The notes under the pieces are model-generated. The model ran no database searches. It saw only the letters and a list, made by a program, of their open reading frames with translations, and was not told where the DNA came from. Positions 40,540 to 51,719 of a DNA stretch of 64,000 bases are shown piece by piece (the stretch's first letter is position 1; each line of letters begins with the position of its first letter). The position numbers and the translations under genes were made by a program. This DNA comes from Bacteroidaceae bacterium (lineage in GTDB: Bacteria > Bacteroidota > Bacteroidia > Bacteroidales > Bacteroidaceae). Where the stretch lies: the NCBI GenBank assembly GCA_045113495.1, contig JBGUIZ010000003.1:18665-82664 (forward strand). Direction: 5' to 3'.

Positions 40540-41919
40540 GAACCATTTGCCTATACAAGGCATGTCACTCCACGGGATATTGCATCCGTGATACCCAATT
40601 GTAAGTCCTATGTTGCTGAGACATGAGAGGGAAATGCCGTAGGCCTCGGCAATATCTATTCCTATGGCCAGGTAGAAGAACCATCCCACAAATACCAGCG
40701 CAAAAAAGAATATACTGAAAGTCAGCACACTCTGACGTGTAGACGGCGGTATTACCTTTCCGTTTATACGTACCGGCAGCACAGCGTTAGGGTGCAGGAT
40801 GCGGTTGAACTCGTTGCGCATGGACTTGGACAGAATGGCAATACGTATGGATTTCATTCCACCTGTGGTTGATCCGGCGCAGGCTCCGAAATAGAAGCAC
40901 AGGCCCAGTATCATCCAAAGGAACGGAGGCCACATGGTATAATCAGTCGATGTAAAACCTGTGGTGGTTATGATGGATGTGACATGGAACAGTGCGTTGC
41001 GCAGAGATGACGGGGCATTGTAAGAGGTGGAGATGAATAGTCCGATAGCCACGATCACGGTAAAGATAAGCAGCATGAATGTGTACCACTTGAACTGCGA
41101 ATCCTCTATCAGTTTGCGGACCTGTCCGCGGAAAGCTACAAAGAAGAGCAGGCCGTAGTTGATTCCTGAGAGGTACATGAAGAATGTAATCACATACTCA
41201 ATGGAATGTGAATTGAAATAGGCTATGCTGCTGTTCTTGGTGGAGAATCCGCCGGTAGCCGCGGTGGCGAATGCATGGTTCACGCTGTCAAATATGCCCA
41301 TGCCGCAGAATCTCAGGGCTACGGCGCAGAGAATGGTTATGAGCAGATATACAGTAATGATCCATCGACCGCTGATGCTTATGCGCGGGTGCAGTTTATA
41401 ACGGGTAGGTCCGATGGCCTCGGCCGCAAAGAGCTGAACCTCACCTACACCGAATATAGGCAGTACGGCAACGGTAAAGAATACTATACCCAAGCCTCCT
41501 ATCCACTGGGTCAGGCTCCTCCAGAACAACAGACCGTGCGGCATAGCTTCTATGTCATCAATGATGGTTGCGCCCGTGGTCGTGAAACCGGACATGGTCT
41601 CAAAGAAGGCATCGGTATAGGAAGGTATGTATCCGCTCAGGTAATAGGGCAAGGACCCGAAAATGGAGAACAATACCCAACTGACGGCAACGACGATATA
41701 TCCGTCGCGGCGGGTCATGGCACTCTCATTGTTAAGGGAGCTCCTGCCTACTATCATGCATGTCATGCCGCAGCAGGCTGATATGAGGGATGCCATAACA
41801 AATCCGAACAGGTCATTCTCACCATAGAAGACGGGAAGCAGGGCACATAGCAGCAGTATTCCTGATTCAATAAGAAGCAGGACTCCCAGTATGCGGTGTA
41901 TGATCTTGAAGTGTATCAA
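40456..41919 (-). CDS. trkH: TrkH-family potassium uptake protein
   Basis: 487 aa, polytopic, with MSGFTTTGAT, ATGGFST and GAGSTTGGMK selectivity-filter-like repeats and a C-terminus TPAFWKHR. Confidence 0.92.
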   Translation of the reverse strand: MIHFKIIHRILGVLLLIESGILLLCALLPVFYGENDLFGFVMASLISACCGMTCMIVGRSSLNNESAMTRRDGYIVVAVSWVLFSIFGSLPYYLSGYIPSYTDAFFETMSGFTTTGATIIDDIEAMPHGLLFWRSLTQWIGGLGIVFFTVAVLPIFGVGEVQLFAAEAIGPTRYKLHPRISISGRWIITVYLLITILCAVALRFCGMGIFDSVNHAFATAATGGFSTKNSSIAYFNSHSIEYVITFFMYLSGINYGLLFFVAFRGQVRKLIEDSQFKWYTFMLLIFTVIVAIGLFISTSYNAPSSLRNALFHVTSIITTTGFTSTDYTMWPPFLWMILGLCFYFGACAGSTTGGMKSIRIAILSKSMRNEFNRILHPNAVLPVRINGKVIPPSTRQSVLTFSIFFFALVFVGWFFYLAIGIDIAEAYGISLSCLSNIGLTIGYHGCNIPWSDMPCIGKWFSTFLMLMGRLEVFSVLLILTPAFWKHR

Positions 41920-43253
41920 TTGAAATACTTTTCTATTGTCTTTATCATGCCCTCCAGACAGAATACCACTACGTGGTCTCCGGGCTGGATCTGGGTGTTA
42001 CCTGTTACCAGAATGGCCTCCTTGTCACGGATAAGGCCACCGATGGTTACTCCACGCGGCAGTGAGATGTCCTTTATCAGGCTGCGGGTGATTCGGGCAC
42101 CCTCAATGACGTTGAATTCCGCAACATCGGCGTTTGCGAAAGTGAGACACTTGACATTGGTGACATCGGCATCCAGCATCATCTGGTAGATATGGCTGGC
42201 GGCGATCTTCTTCTTGTTGATTACCGTGCCTATATCAAGTTTTTCGGCCATGTTTATGTAGTCTATGTTCTCAACCTCCGCTATGGTCTTGGTCACGCCA
42301 AACCGTTTGGCTGCGAGACAGGCCAGGATATTGGTCTCAGAGTTGTCTGTCAGGGCTACGAATGCCTCTGTGTGCTGAATGCCCTCACTCATAAGCAGAC
42401 TGGGGTCACGGCCGTCGCCGTTTATGACCATTACGCTGTCATCAACCAGTTCGGTGAGCCGGTTGCATCGGGCCATATCACTTTCGATGATCTTGAGATT
42501 CATGTAGTCCGGCATGAGTTGTGCCGTGCGGACTGCTATACGGCTGCCACCCATGATGATGACGTCACGTACATCGGGCAGCTCCTCCTTACCGGCAATC
42601 TTGCGGATATGGGGGATATGTTTCTTCATTGTCATGAAGTAAACCAGGTCACCGGCTTTCATGGTGTCGTTACCACTCGGGATGATGGTCTCACCCTCAC
42701 GCAGGATAGCTACGATATGATAGGGAAGCTCACGTCCCAACTCTGCAAGCGGTTTGTCCAGGATCTGAGCGTTCTTACGCAGTTTGATTCCCATCATGAC
42801 CAGGGCTCCGCCGGCAAATTCCCACCACTGACGGATCCAACTCAGTTTCATGCCGTCTACGATATCCTTGGCGGCAAGCATCTCGGGATAGATGAGTGAA
42901 TCTACACCCAGGCTTGAGAAATACTCCTTGTTCTTGGGCTGAAGATACTCAAAGTTGTCTATTCTGGCTACTGTCTTCTTGGCTCCAAGCATGTGGGCCA
43001 GCTGGCAGGATATGAGGTTGCGGCTTTCATCGGGAGTTACGGCTACAAACAGGTCCGCGCTGCCGGCGCCGGCTTCCTTCAGGCCGCGAAGCGATACCGG
43101 TGATTCCTGTATTGTGAGAAGGTCAAAGCTGGAATCCATGCGGCTCAGCTTGTCTTCACTCTCGTCAATCAGTATGATGTCCTGGTTCTCACCGGCCAGC
43201 AACTTGGCCAGGTGTGTTCCTACATTTCCTGCTCCTGCAATAACGATTTTCAT
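41916..43253 (-). CDS. trkA: Trk system potassium uptake protein TrkA
   Basis: 445 aa. Two RCK/NAD-binding repeats ([16 protein letters not shown] and [13 protein letters not shown]). Confidence 0.92.
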   Translation of the reverse strand: MKIVIAGAGNVGTHLAKLLAGENQDIILIDESEDKLSRMDSSFDLLTIQESPVSLRGLKEAGAGSADLFVAVTPDESRNLISCQLAHMLGAKKTVARIDNFEYLQPKNKEYFSSLGVDSLIYPEMLAAKDIVDGMKLSWIRQWWEFAGGALVMMGIKLRKNAQILDKPLAELGRELPYHIVAILREGETIIPSGNDTMKAGDLVYFMTMKKHIPHIRKIAGKEELPDVRDVIIMGGSRIAVRTAQLMPDYMNLKIIESDMARCNRLTELVDDSVMVINGDGRDPSLLMSEGIQHTEAFVALTDNSETNILACLAAKRFGVTKTIAEVENIDYINMAEKLDIGTVINKKKIAASHIYQMMLDADVTNVKCLTFANADVAEFNVIEGARITRSLIKDISLPRGVTIGGLIRDKEAILVTGNTQIQPGDHVVVFCLEGMIKTIEKYFN

Positions 43254-45187
43254 TTTTCTGTCTTATTGGATCCTGAAGTCAGCTCCGTGAGTGCATCCGT
43301 TACGGCATCCTGGTCAAGGTGACACAGGTGCAACAGCTGCGGGGTGGAGCCGTGCTCAATGAAACGGTCGGGCAATCCCAACCTCCTGATAACCGGAGAG
43401 AAGCCGTTCTCCATCATATACTCCATGACAGCGGTGCCCAGACCTCCGGTCACGGTACCGTTCTCAATGGTTATGATGCGGCTGAATTTTTGTCCCACCT
43501 CCTTAAGGATGGTGGTATCGATAGGTTTGAGAAAACGCATGTCATAAAGGGCGGCGGTATGACCGCTCTCAGCCTCCCATTTCATGATGGCATGTTCGGC
43601 CAGATTACCTATGGGGCCGATGGAGAGTACCGCCACGTCCTTACCGTCCTTGAGTTTGCGGCCTGTGCCTACCACTACCGGCTCAAGCGGTTTATGCCAG
43701 TCCGTAAGTATTCCGTGACCACGCGGGTATCGGATAACAAACGGCCCCTGGTCAGGAAGCTGGGCGGTATACATCAGGTTGCGCAACTCTATCTCGTCAT
43801 ACGGGGATGCAATTGTCAGGTTGGGGATGGGGCGCAGGAACGCAAGGTCAAAGGCTCCGTGGTGCGTGGGGCCGTCTTCACCTACAAGCCCGGCGCGGTC
43901 CAGACAGAATACCACGTTGAGTTTCTGGATGGCTACATCATGTATGACGTTGTCATAGGCTCGCTGCATGAATGACGAGTATATGTTGCAGAAGGGCATC
44001 ATACCCTCCTTGGCCAGACCGCCGGAGAATGTCACGGCATGTCCTTCGGCGATGCCTACGTCAAAACAACGGTCGGGAAAAGCCTTCATGGCTATGTCCA
44101 TGCTGCATCCTATGGGCATGGCAGGTGTTATGCCGATGATTCTGGAGTTCTCTTTCATGAGTTCCAGAAGAGTCTTGCCGAACACATCCTGAAAGAGTGG
44201 GGGCTGACCTGAGCCGTTACCTATGATACGCTCTCCTGTAACCTTGTCAAACAGGCCGGGGGCATGCCATATGGCGGAGTCTTTCTCGGCGGGTTCATAG
44301 CCTTTTCCCTTTACTGTCTTTATGTGGAGCAGCTTGGGGCCGTGCATGTTCTTGATATTGCTCAGGATACGGACCAGATTCAGGACATTATGTCCGTCCA
44401 CCGGACCGAAATAGCGGATATCCATACCCTCAAACATGTTGTTCTGATGGGTGAGCTTTATCTTGATATGGTTGTTCCGGCGTATTATGTTACGACGGCG
44501 CTGCTCCGTAAGGAGTCCCAGCGTGTCAAGCACACGGGATACGTAGTAGCGGAACTTGTTGTATGAACGTGATGTCTGCAGCTGAGTAAGGTAGCTGCGC
44601 ATACCTCCAACACTCTGGGATATGCTCATGTCATTGTCATTCAGGATGATGAGCAGGTCATTGTCCGTGATGGAGGCGTTGTTTATACCCTCAAACGCAA
44701 GTCCGCCGCTCATGGCTCCGTCACCTATGACTGCCACCACACGGCGTGAAGGATGACCGTTGCGTTTATCGGCCACGGCCATACCCAATGCTGCAGATAT
44801 GGAGTTGGATGCATGTCCGGCAGTGAAGGTGTCATACTCGCTCTCATCGGGTGACGGGAAAGGTTTCAGACCGCCGAACTTGCGGTTGGTCGAGAAGCGG
44901 TCGCGGCGGCCGGTAAGAATCTTGTGCCCGTAAGCCTGATGGCCTACGTCCCAGACAATGCGGTCATCGGGGGTATTGAACACATAGTGAAGAGCCACTG
45001 TCAACTCTACGGTACCCAGACTGGAACCAAAGTGACCGGGGTTGTGTGAGAGCTCGTCAATTATCATCTGACGGAGTTCATTGCAAACCTGCGGTAACTT
45101 GTCCGGACTGAGTCTTTTAAGGTCATACGGAGAGTCTATGCTCTTAAGGAGTCCGCCTGTTGATTGTTCCTCTTCTGCCTTTTGCAT
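43250..45187 (-). CDS. dxs: 1-deoxy-D-xylulose-5-phosphate synthase
   Basis: The ORF track extends to 45337. ATG 45187 ([26 protein letters not shown]...) follows a -7 box. Contains [17 protein letters not shown] and GDGAMSGG (TPP motif). Confidence 0.94.
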   Translation of the reverse strand: MQKAEEEQSTGGLLKSIDSPYDLKRLSPDKLPQVCNELRQMIIDELSHNPGHFGSSLGTVELTVALHYVFNTPDDRIVWDVGHQAYGHKILTGRRDRFSTNRKFGGLKPFPSPDESEYDTFTAGHASNSISAALGMAVADKRNGHPSRRVVAVIGDGAMSGGLAFEGINNASITDNDLLIILNDNDMSISQSVGGMRSYLTQLQTSRSYNKFRYYVSRVLDTLGLLTEQRRRNIIRRNNHIKIKLTHQNNMFEGMDIRYFGPVDGHNVLNLVRILSNIKNMHGPKLLHIKTVKGKGYEPAEKDSAIWHAPGLFDKVTGERIIGNGSGQPPLFQDVFGKTLLELMKENSRIIGITPAMPIGCSMDIAMKAFPDRCFDVGIAEGHAVTFSGGLAKEGMMPFCNIYSSFMQRAYDNVIHDVAIQKLNVVFCLDRAGLVGEDGPTHHGAFDLAFLRPIPNLTIASPYDEIELRNLMYTAQLPDQGPFVIRYPRGHGILTDWHKPLEPVVVGTGRKLKDGKDVAVLSIGPIGNLAEHAIMKWEAESGHTAALYDMRFLKPIDTTILKEVGQKFSRIITIENGTVTGGLGTAVMEYMMENGFSPVIRRLGLPDRFIEHGSTPQLLHLCHLDQDAVTDALTELTSGSNKTEK

Positions 45188-45212
45188 CCACTTCTTGTTG
45201 TTGTTCAAACGG

Positions 45213-45220
45213 CAAATGTA
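45213..45220 (-). promoter_or_regulatory. -7 box TAcaTTTG upstream of dxs
   Basis: The reverse complement of caaatgta matches TAnnTTTG, 26 nt upstream of ATG 45187. Confidence 0.45.
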
Positions 45221-45325
45221 CCAAAAATCGTATGAATATACCCCTGTTTGGGAGAGATATTGGTATTTTTTAATATGGTGTGCAAGGTTGCCCCCTGAGC
45301 TGTGACAATTAACAGGAATAATGGT

Positions 45326-45333
45326 TATCTTTG
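45326..45333 (+). promoter_or_regulatory. -7 box TAtcTTTG upstream of murF-alr
   Basis: Exact match. The ORF-track TTG start (45331) is part of the box. Confidence 0.45.
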
Positions 45334-45357
45334 GCAAATTGGAAAATCAGGTACACA

Positions 45358-47826
45358 ATGACATATTCCATTGACGATATAGTGTTGATGACGGGAGCTG
45401 AAAGGCATGGTTTCTGCCCGGCCAGGATATCATGGCTTCTTACGGACAGCCGTTCCCTCTGCTTCCCTGCCGAAACTCTGTTTTTTGCTCTTGTGAGCAG
45501 GCGTAATGACGGTCATAACTACATCAGGGAGTTGTATAACCGCGGCGTGAGAAACTTTGTGGTGAGTTATCTTCCGGACAATATGGATGATTACAATGAA
45601 GCCAACTTCCTGCTGGTAAGGGATACTCTGGCTGCACTTCAGACCCTGGCCGCCTCACACAGGAAGAATTTTGAAATTCCTATAGTGGGTATTACCGGAA
45701 GTAACGGAAAGACCATGATCAAGGAGTGGCTTTACCAGCTTCTGGAGCCTGATTTCGTAGTGACCCGTTCACCCAAGAGCTATAACTCACAGATAGGTGT
45801 TCCCCTCTCGGTATGGCTGCTCAACAAACAGTCTGAGATAGGACTGTTTGAGGCCGGCATATCCAAGAAGGATGAGATGGGGCAGTTATGGAAGATAATC
45901 AAACCTACCATCGGCGTGCTCTCCAACATAGGTCTGGCCCATCAGGAGAATTTCCAGACCCTTCAGGACAAGTGCATTGAGAAACTCAAACTGTTCCGTG
46001 ACTGTGACGTGGTTATTTACAACTGTGACAATGACCTGATTCAGAGCTGCGTCGACAAGTCAATCATCACCGCCCGTGAGATAGCGTGGTCCCGCAAGAA
46101 CCAGGACAAGCCTCTCTTTATTTCATCGATAGTGAAAGGTGAGGAGAGTACGGAGATTACCTACCGTTACATAGGACTGGAGAATAAATTTACCATTCCG
46201 TTCATAGATGACGCCTCGATCGAGGATGCTCTGCACTGTCTTGCTGTATGCATATACCTCATGGTTCCGCCCGAGAAGATTACTGAGAGAATGGCCAAAC
46301 TGGAGCCGTTGGCCATGCGTCTGGAGGTAAAGGACGGCAAGCAGGGCTGTATCATAATCAATGACAGCTACAACTCCGATATATCGTCACTGGGTATCGC
46401 CCTTGATTTCATGGCCCGACGTCAGGACGGCAAGTCAAAGAACAGGACGCTCATACTCTCAGACATACTTCAATCAGGATGGTCGGTACATGAGTTGTAC
46501 CGCAGGGTAGCTCAGCTGGTAGAGAGCAGGGGTATAACAAAACTGATAGGAATAGGTGAGGATATTTCATCGGAAGCCAAGAGGTTTGACGTCCCCAAGA
46601 AATATTTCTTCAACAACACGGAGAGTTTCCTCAAGTCAGATGTCATAGATGATATCCATAACGAACTGGTTCTTATCAAGGGTGCCCGCGTTTATGAGTT
46701 TGACCGTATTGCCGAGCGTCTGGAACTGAAAGTTCATGAGACCATCCTTGAGGTAAACCTGCAGGCTCTTGCCGAGAACCTGAACCGTTATCGCGGAATG
46801 CTCAAGATCGAGACCGGAATTGTCTGCATGGTTAAGGCATCGGCTTACGGATCCGGTGCAATAGAGGTGGCCAAGACTCTTCAGGACCGTCAGGTTGACT
46901 ATCTGGCAGTGGCAGTGGCTGATGAGGGTGCTGAGTTGCGTAAGGCCGGAATCACCACCAACATCATGGTCATGAACCCTGAACGTACGTCGTTTGGTAC
47001 CCTGTTTGACCAGAAACTGGAACCGGAGGTCTACAGCTTCCACCTGCTGGATATGATAATACGTGCGGCCGAGCACAACGGCGTGACCAATTTCCCCATA
47101 CATATCAAGGTGGATACCGGAATGCATCGTCTGGGATTCGCTCCCGACGATATGCCTGAGCTGGTTTACAGGCTTCAGAGACAGACTGCTGTCATTCCAT
47201 GCTCCATTTTCTCACATTTTGTGGGCAGTGACAGTCCTGATTTTGATGATTTCACAAAACTGCAGATAGAACGTTTCAATAAGGCGGCCGAAACGCTTCA
47301 GGCCGGATTCAAGCATCATATCCTGCGCCATATCTGCAACTCTGCAGGTATAGAGCGTTTCCCGGAGGTGCATTATGACATGGTGCGTCTGGGATTGGGA
47401 CTGTACGGAATCAATCCGCTTGACAACCAGCCGCTTGAGACTGTCTGCACACTCAAGACCACCATACTCCAGATACGTGAACTGGACAAGGGCGAGACTG
47501 TGGGCTACAGCCGCAAGGGCAAGATAACCAAGCATTCACGCATAGCAGCCATTCCCATAGGTTATGCCGACGGACTGGACCGTCATCTGGGTAACGGAAA
47601 CGCCTATTGCCTTGTGAACGGTCAGAAGGCTTACTATGTGGGTAACATATGCATGGATGTGTGTATGATCGATGTCACGGATATTGATTGCCAGGAGGGA
47701 GACAGCGTAGAGATATTCGGCCCTAACCTGCCGGTACATGTGCTGTCTGACATTCTGGGTACAATCCCGTATGAGATAATATCCACGGTGTCAATCCGTG
47801 TAAAGCGTGTATACTACACCGAATAA
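45358..47826 (+). CDS. Bifunctional MurF-like ligase / alanine racemase fusion protein
   Basis: 822 aa from ATG 45358. The N-terminal half is a Mur ligase (LLTDSRS, GITGSNGKTMIKE, NDSYNSD). The C-terminal half is a PLP alanine racemase (MVKASAYGSG, GYADG). Confidence 0.9.
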   Translation: MTYSIDDIVLMTGAERHGFCPARISWLLTDSRSLCFPAETLFFALVSRRNDGHNYIRELYNRGVRNFVVSYLPDNMDDYNEANFLLVRDTLAALQTLAASHRKNFEIPIVGITGSNGKTMIKEWLYQLLEPDFVVTRSPKSYNSQIGVPLSVWLLNKQSEIGLFEAGISKKDEMGQLWKIIKPTIGVLSNIGLAHQENFQTLQDKCIEKLKLFRDCDVVIYNCDNDLIQSCVDKSIITAREIAWSRKNQDKPLFISSIVKGEESTEITYRYIGLENKFTIPFIDDASIEDALHCLAVCIYLMVPPEKITERMAKLEPLAMRLEVKDGKQGCIIINDSYNSDISSLGIALDFMARRQDGKSKNRTLILSDILQSGWSVHELYRRVAQLVESRGITKLIGIGEDISSEAKRFDVPKKYFFNNTESFLKSDVIDDIHNELVLIKGARVYEFDRIAERLELKVHETILEVNLQALAENLNRYRGMLKIETGIVCMVKASAYGSGAIEVAKTLQDRQVDYLAVAVADEGAELRKAGITTNIMVMNPERTSFGTLFDQKLEPEVYSFHLLDMIIRAAEHNGVTNFPIHIKVDTGMHRLGFAPDDMPELVYRLQRQTAVIPCSIFSHFVGSDSPDFDDFTKLQIERFNKAAETLQAGFKHHILRHICNSAGIERFPEVHYDMVRLGLGLYGINPLDNQPLETVCTLKTTILQIRELDKGETVGYSRKGKITKHSRIAAIPIGYADGLDRHLGNGNAYCLVNGQKAYYVGNICMDVCMIDVTDIDCQEGDSVEIFGPNLPVHVLSDILGTIPYEIISTVSIRVKRVYYTE

Positions 47827-47854
47827 TCCTGAAACAAACTAACCAATTAAAATA

Positions 47855-49318
47855 ATGAGTAAAAATTCCGTTTCCAATCCCGTGCGGATGACAAATTTCC
47901 GCTGGGTGCTGTGTATTCTTCTGTTTGTTGCTACAACAGTCAATTATCTGGACCGTCAGGTGCTTTCACTTACCTGGAAAGACTTTATCTCAGCCGATTT
48001 CCACTGGACTGACAGCCAGTACGGTTCAATTACAGGCTTTTTCTCCATATTCTATGCCGTAGCATGCCTGTTCAGCGGCAAGATCATAGACAAACTGGGT
48101 ACCAGAAAAGGTTACCTGTGGGCTATTTTCATATGGTCTGTGGGCGCCTGCATGCATGCAGCCTGCGGCTGGGCTGCCCTTAAATGGGCCGGGATCGAGT
48201 CCATGGAGGCAGCCAGGAACTCTGCCGATATAGTCCTGCTGGTATCGACGGTGTCGGTTTATATGTTCATGTTCTGCCGTGCCGTGCTTGCTCTTGGTGA
48301 ATCAGGAAACTTCCCTGCCGCCATTAAGGTTACAGCCGAGTATTTCCCCAAGAAGGACCGTGCGTTTGCAACATCAATATTCAATGCCGGAGCATCAGTA
48401 GGTGCGCTGGCTGCTCCTGCATGTATTCCTAAACTGGCCGCTTTGTGGGGCTGGGAGATGGCTTTCATAATCATAGGTGCGCTGGGCTTTATATGGATGT
48501 TCTTCTGGTTCGGACTCTATCAGAAACCAGAAAAGTCCCGTTTCGTCAACGAGGCGGAGCTTGAGTACATTCACCAGGATGATGCTGCCGAACTGGCTGC
48601 TGCCAAGGCCGCTGAGGCCGCTGCCAAGGAGGAGAAATCAATTCCTTTCTTCAAATGTTTTACATTCCGTCAGACATGGGCTTTCATCTGCGGTAAGTTC
48701 TTTACAGACGGTGTATGGTGGTTCTTCCTGTTCTGGGCACCTGCATACTTCAGTGACCAGTACGGATACCGCTCGGATTCAAATGAGGCCATCATGCTTA
48801 TTTTTGTCCTCTATCTGATAGTTACTGTGGTAAGCATAGGCGGCGGTTATCTGCCCAAACTCTTTGTCGAGAAGAAGGGTATGGAACCCTATTCCGGACG
48901 TATGAAAGCTATGCTCATATTTGCGTTCTTCCCGCTGTTGGCCCTGTTTGCACAGCCTCTGGGCAGATACAGCGCATGGTTCCCCGCCATCATCATCGGT
49001 CTGGCAGGTGCCGGACATCAGGCATGGTCTGCCAACCTCTATTCAACCATAGGTGATATGTTCCCCAAGTCAACCATCGGCACCATTACCGGTGTGGGTA
49101 CGACTATGGGAGGTCTGGCTTCATTCATGATCAATAAGGGTGCCGGTATGCTCTTTACCAAGAGCGATGCCCTGGGCTCAGCTTTCACTTTCCTGGGATT
49201 TGAGGGTAAGGAGGCCGGATACATGATTGTATTCTGCATCTGCGCCGTAGCCTATCTGATTGGCTGGACAGTGATGAAGGTGCTTGTTCCCAAGTACAAG
49301 CCCATTGTCGTAGAGTAA
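47855..49318 (+). CDS. MFS transporter (hexuronate/ACS-like subfamily)
   Basis: 487 aa. FRWVLCILLFVATTVNYLDRQVLSL N-terminus and a 12-TM profile. Confidence 0.8.
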   Translation: MSKNSVSNPVRMTNFRWVLCILLFVATTVNYLDRQVLSLTWKDFISADFHWTDSQYGSITGFFSIFYAVACLFSGKIIDKLGTRKGYLWAIFIWSVGACMHAACGWAALKWAGIESMEAARNSADIVLLVSTVSVYMFMFCRAVLALGESGNFPAAIKVTAEYFPKKDRAFATSIFNAGASVGALAAPACIPKLAALWGWEMAFIIIGALGFIWMFFWFGLYQKPEKSRFVNEAELEYIHQDDAAELAAAKAAEAAAKEEKSIPFFKCFTFRQTWAFICGKFFTDGVWWFFLFWAPAYFSDQYGYRSDSNEAIMLIFVLYLIVTVVSIGGGYLPKLFVEKKGMEPYSGRMKAMLIFAFFPLLALFAQPLGRYSAWFPAIIIGLAGAGHQAWSANLYSTIGDMFPKSTIGTITGVGTTMGGLASFMINKGAGMLFTKSDALGSAFTFLGFEGKEAGYMIVFCICAVAYLIGWTVMKVLVPKYKPIVVE

Positions 49319-49331
49319 TACCTTCATTCAT

Positions 49332-50333
49332 ATGGAAGGCTCTGACTATAAGGCATCCGTTTTCCGTTATGACGGGCGTATGCCGTATATCCGATGCGGA
49401 CACAGCGGGGTCAGGCTCCCTGCCGTGTCACTTGGGTTCTGGCATAATTTTGGTAGCGTGGATGATTTTGAAAAGGCTCATGCCACTGCCAAATGTGCGT
49501 TTGACAATGGCATAACCTGCTTTGATTTGGCCAACAACTACGGTCCGGAGTATGGTAGCGCCGAGGAGAATCTGGGCCGGATGATGGACCTGTCACTGCG
49601 TCCATATCGTGATGAACTGTTCATCACCACAAAAGCGGGCTATGACATGTGGCCCGGACCATATGGAGAATGGGGTTCGAGAAAGTACCTCATGAGCAGT
49701 CTGGACCAGAGCCTCAAGCGTATGCGTCTGGATTATGTGGACCTGTTCTACTCACACCGTTATGATCCGGAGACTCCCCTTGAGGAGACCATGCAGGCTC
49801 TTGTGGATATAGTCCGTCAGGGCAAGGCTCTCTATGTGGGCATATCGAACTATCCGGTGGAGACTCTGGATTTCTGTTTCAGCTACCTTAAGAGCCGTGA
49901 TGTTCCCTGCCTGATATATCAGGGCCGATACAACATGATGGACCGCAAGGTTGAGGAGAGCGGAATCCTTGAAAAGTGCTATGAGGCCGGAGTGGGTTTT
50001 ACCGCCTTCTCGCCGCTGAATCAGGGACTCCTTTCGGACCGTTATCTGAACGGCATTCCCTCAGATTCCAGGATGGCCCGTAACTTCTTCCTTAAGAGTG
50101 ATGTCCTGACTCCGGGGCTGCTATCCAAACTGAAGCGTCTGAATGATATCGCCGCTTCACGCTCCCAGACTCTTTCAGAGATGGCGCTGTCATGGCTGCT
50201 TAAGGATGCGCAGGTGACATCGGTCCTGGTGGGGGCTAGCTCTCCGTCCCAGATACTTACCGATATCAAGGCAGTGAACAACACACAGTTCACAGCCGAT
50301 GAAATGTATGAGATAGATAGACTTTTAAGATAA
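49332..50333 (+). CDS. gpr: Aldo/keto reductase, YghZ/Gpr-like (L-glyceraldehyde-3-phosphate reductase family)
   Basis: 333 aa. Long collinear similarity to my recollection of E. coli YghZ (LSLGFWHNFG, FDLANNYGPEYGSAEENLGR, TKAGYDMWPGPYGEWGSRKYL, GKALYVGISNY). Confidence 0.8.
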   Translation: MEGSDYKASVFRYDGRMPYIRCGHSGVRLPAVSLGFWHNFGSVDDFEKAHATAKCAFDNGITCFDLANNYGPEYGSAEENLGRMMDLSLRPYRDELFITTKAGYDMWPGPYGEWGSRKYLMSSLDQSLKRMRLDYVDLFYSHRYDPETPLEETMQALVDIVRQGKALYVGISNYPVETLDFCFSYLKSRDVPCLIYQGRYNMMDRKVEESGILEKCYEAGVGFTAFSPLNQGLLSDRYLNGIPSDSRMARNFFLKSDVLTPGLLSKLKRLNDIAASRSQTLSEMALSWLLKDAQVTSVLVGASSPSQILTDIKAVNNTQFTADEMYEIDRLLR

Positions 50334-50358
50334 ACCTAACCTTATTGCTTCAATTATT

Positions 50359-51714
50359 ATGAGTTACAACAAACCTACAGTACGGGAAAAGATAGCGTAC
50401 GCTCTTGGCGATGCCGCTGCAGGTGGTATTACATGGAAGATCATGTCCATTGCTTTCCCCTTGTTTTTTACAAATGTTTTTGGTCTGACTTTTGCCGATG
50501 CAGCCGCGCTGATGCTCATAGCCCGTCTGTTTGATGTGGTCACGGATCCGCTTATGGGCAGCCTGGCCGACCGTACCCAGTCCAAGTGGGGTACATACCG
50601 TCCGTGGCTTATATTCGGAGCCATACCTTTTGGGTTGATATTCGCACTGTTGCTTTATACGCCTGACCTGGGTCCTGCCGGCAAGCGTGTCTACGCATAT
50701 GTACTCTATCTGCTCATGATGGCGGTCTATACCGCAGTCAACGTACCTTACGGCTCGCTGCTGGGTGTCATGACTGATGATGACAATGAGAAGAACCAGT
50801 TCTCGTCATACCGTATGGTGGGTGCCTATGCAATGGGTTTCATAACTCTGCTGTCATTCCCTTATCTGCAGAAAATGGTGGGCGGAACCGATGCACACCA
50901 GTATGCGGTGCTTGGCGCCGTATTCGGCATAATAGCCGCTGCCATGACACTGGCCTGCGGTCTTATGACTAAGGAGCGTCTCAAACCTGTCAGGGCCGAG
51001 AAGTACTCCCTGAGTCAGTTCGTCGACCTGTTCAAGAACAAGCCTTGGATTTATCTCACGCTGATAGGTCTCTGCACCAACTTCTTTAACGGATTCCGTT
51101 ATGCCGTGGCAGGTTATCTTATCTCCTACTGTCTGGGCGGAGATGTGACTGTAGGTTCACTCATTATCAACTACACCGTGCTTATGGCATTCGGTGAGGT
51201 TACATGCATGATATTCGGTGGTGTATCTCCCAAGTTCGCCAAGTGGGTGGGCTCCAAGCGTATGGCTTTCCTCTGGGCAGCCGTAATCTGCGTGGTATTC
51301 TCAGTGCTGTTCTTCTTTATCCCAATGAGTCCCAGGTATATCTGGCTGATGGTTGCAGTGGTTATCCTGACATCAGTGGGTGTAGGACTCTACTCACCGC
51401 TGCTGTGGTCCATGTATGCCGATGTGGCTGACTTTGCGACAGAAAAATTCGGCACATCATCCACCGGACTGATATTCTCATCGGGTACGATGGCCCAGAA
51501 ACTGGGTGGTGCGATATCGGGCTCACTCATTGCGCTTCTGCTGGGTTTGGCAGGCGCACGTATGATTCCCGATGACTTTGGCAACATGTCAATCGATCCT
51601 ACGTCGGTTACTGAGTCGGTACGTACCATGGTATGGTCGCTGTTTTCACTTATTCCCGCTGTCATTGCTGTGATAATGGGATTTTTGGCATATAAGTTCC
51701 CCATCAAGAAATAA
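50359..51714 (+). CDS. Glycoside-pentoside-hexuronide (GPH):cation symporter family transporter
   Basis: 451 aa. [11 protein letters not shown]...[29 protein letters not shown] is the classic GPH N-terminal motif. Confidence 0.85.
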   Translation: MSYNKPTVREKIAYALGDAAAGGITWKIMSIAFPLFFTNVFGLTFADAAALMLIARLFDVVTDPLMGSLADRTQSKWGTYRPWLIFGAIPFGLIFALLLYTPDLGPAGKRVYAYVLYLLMMAVYTAVNVPYGSLLGVMTDDDNEKNQFSSYRMVGAYAMGFITLLSFPYLQKMVGGTDAHQYAVLGAVFGIIAAAMTLACGLMTKERLKPVRAEKYSLSQFVDLFKNKPWIYLTLIGLCTNFFNGFRYAVAGYLISYCLGGDVTVGSLIINYTVLMAFGEVTCMIFGGVSPKFAKWVGSKRMAFLWAAVICVVFSVLFFFIPMSPRYIWLMVAVVILTSVGVGLYSPLLWSMYADVADFATEKFGTSSTGLIFSSGTMAQKLGGAISGSLIALLLGLAGARMIPDDFGNMSIDPTSVTESVRTMVWSLFSLIPAVIAVIMGFLAYKFPIKK

Positions 51715-51719
51715 CTGTT

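Noticed and set aside
41275-43975. Plus-strand ORFs of 168, 235 and 218 aa inside trkH, trkA and dxs.
   Set aside because: They are shadow ORFs antisense to conserved genes.
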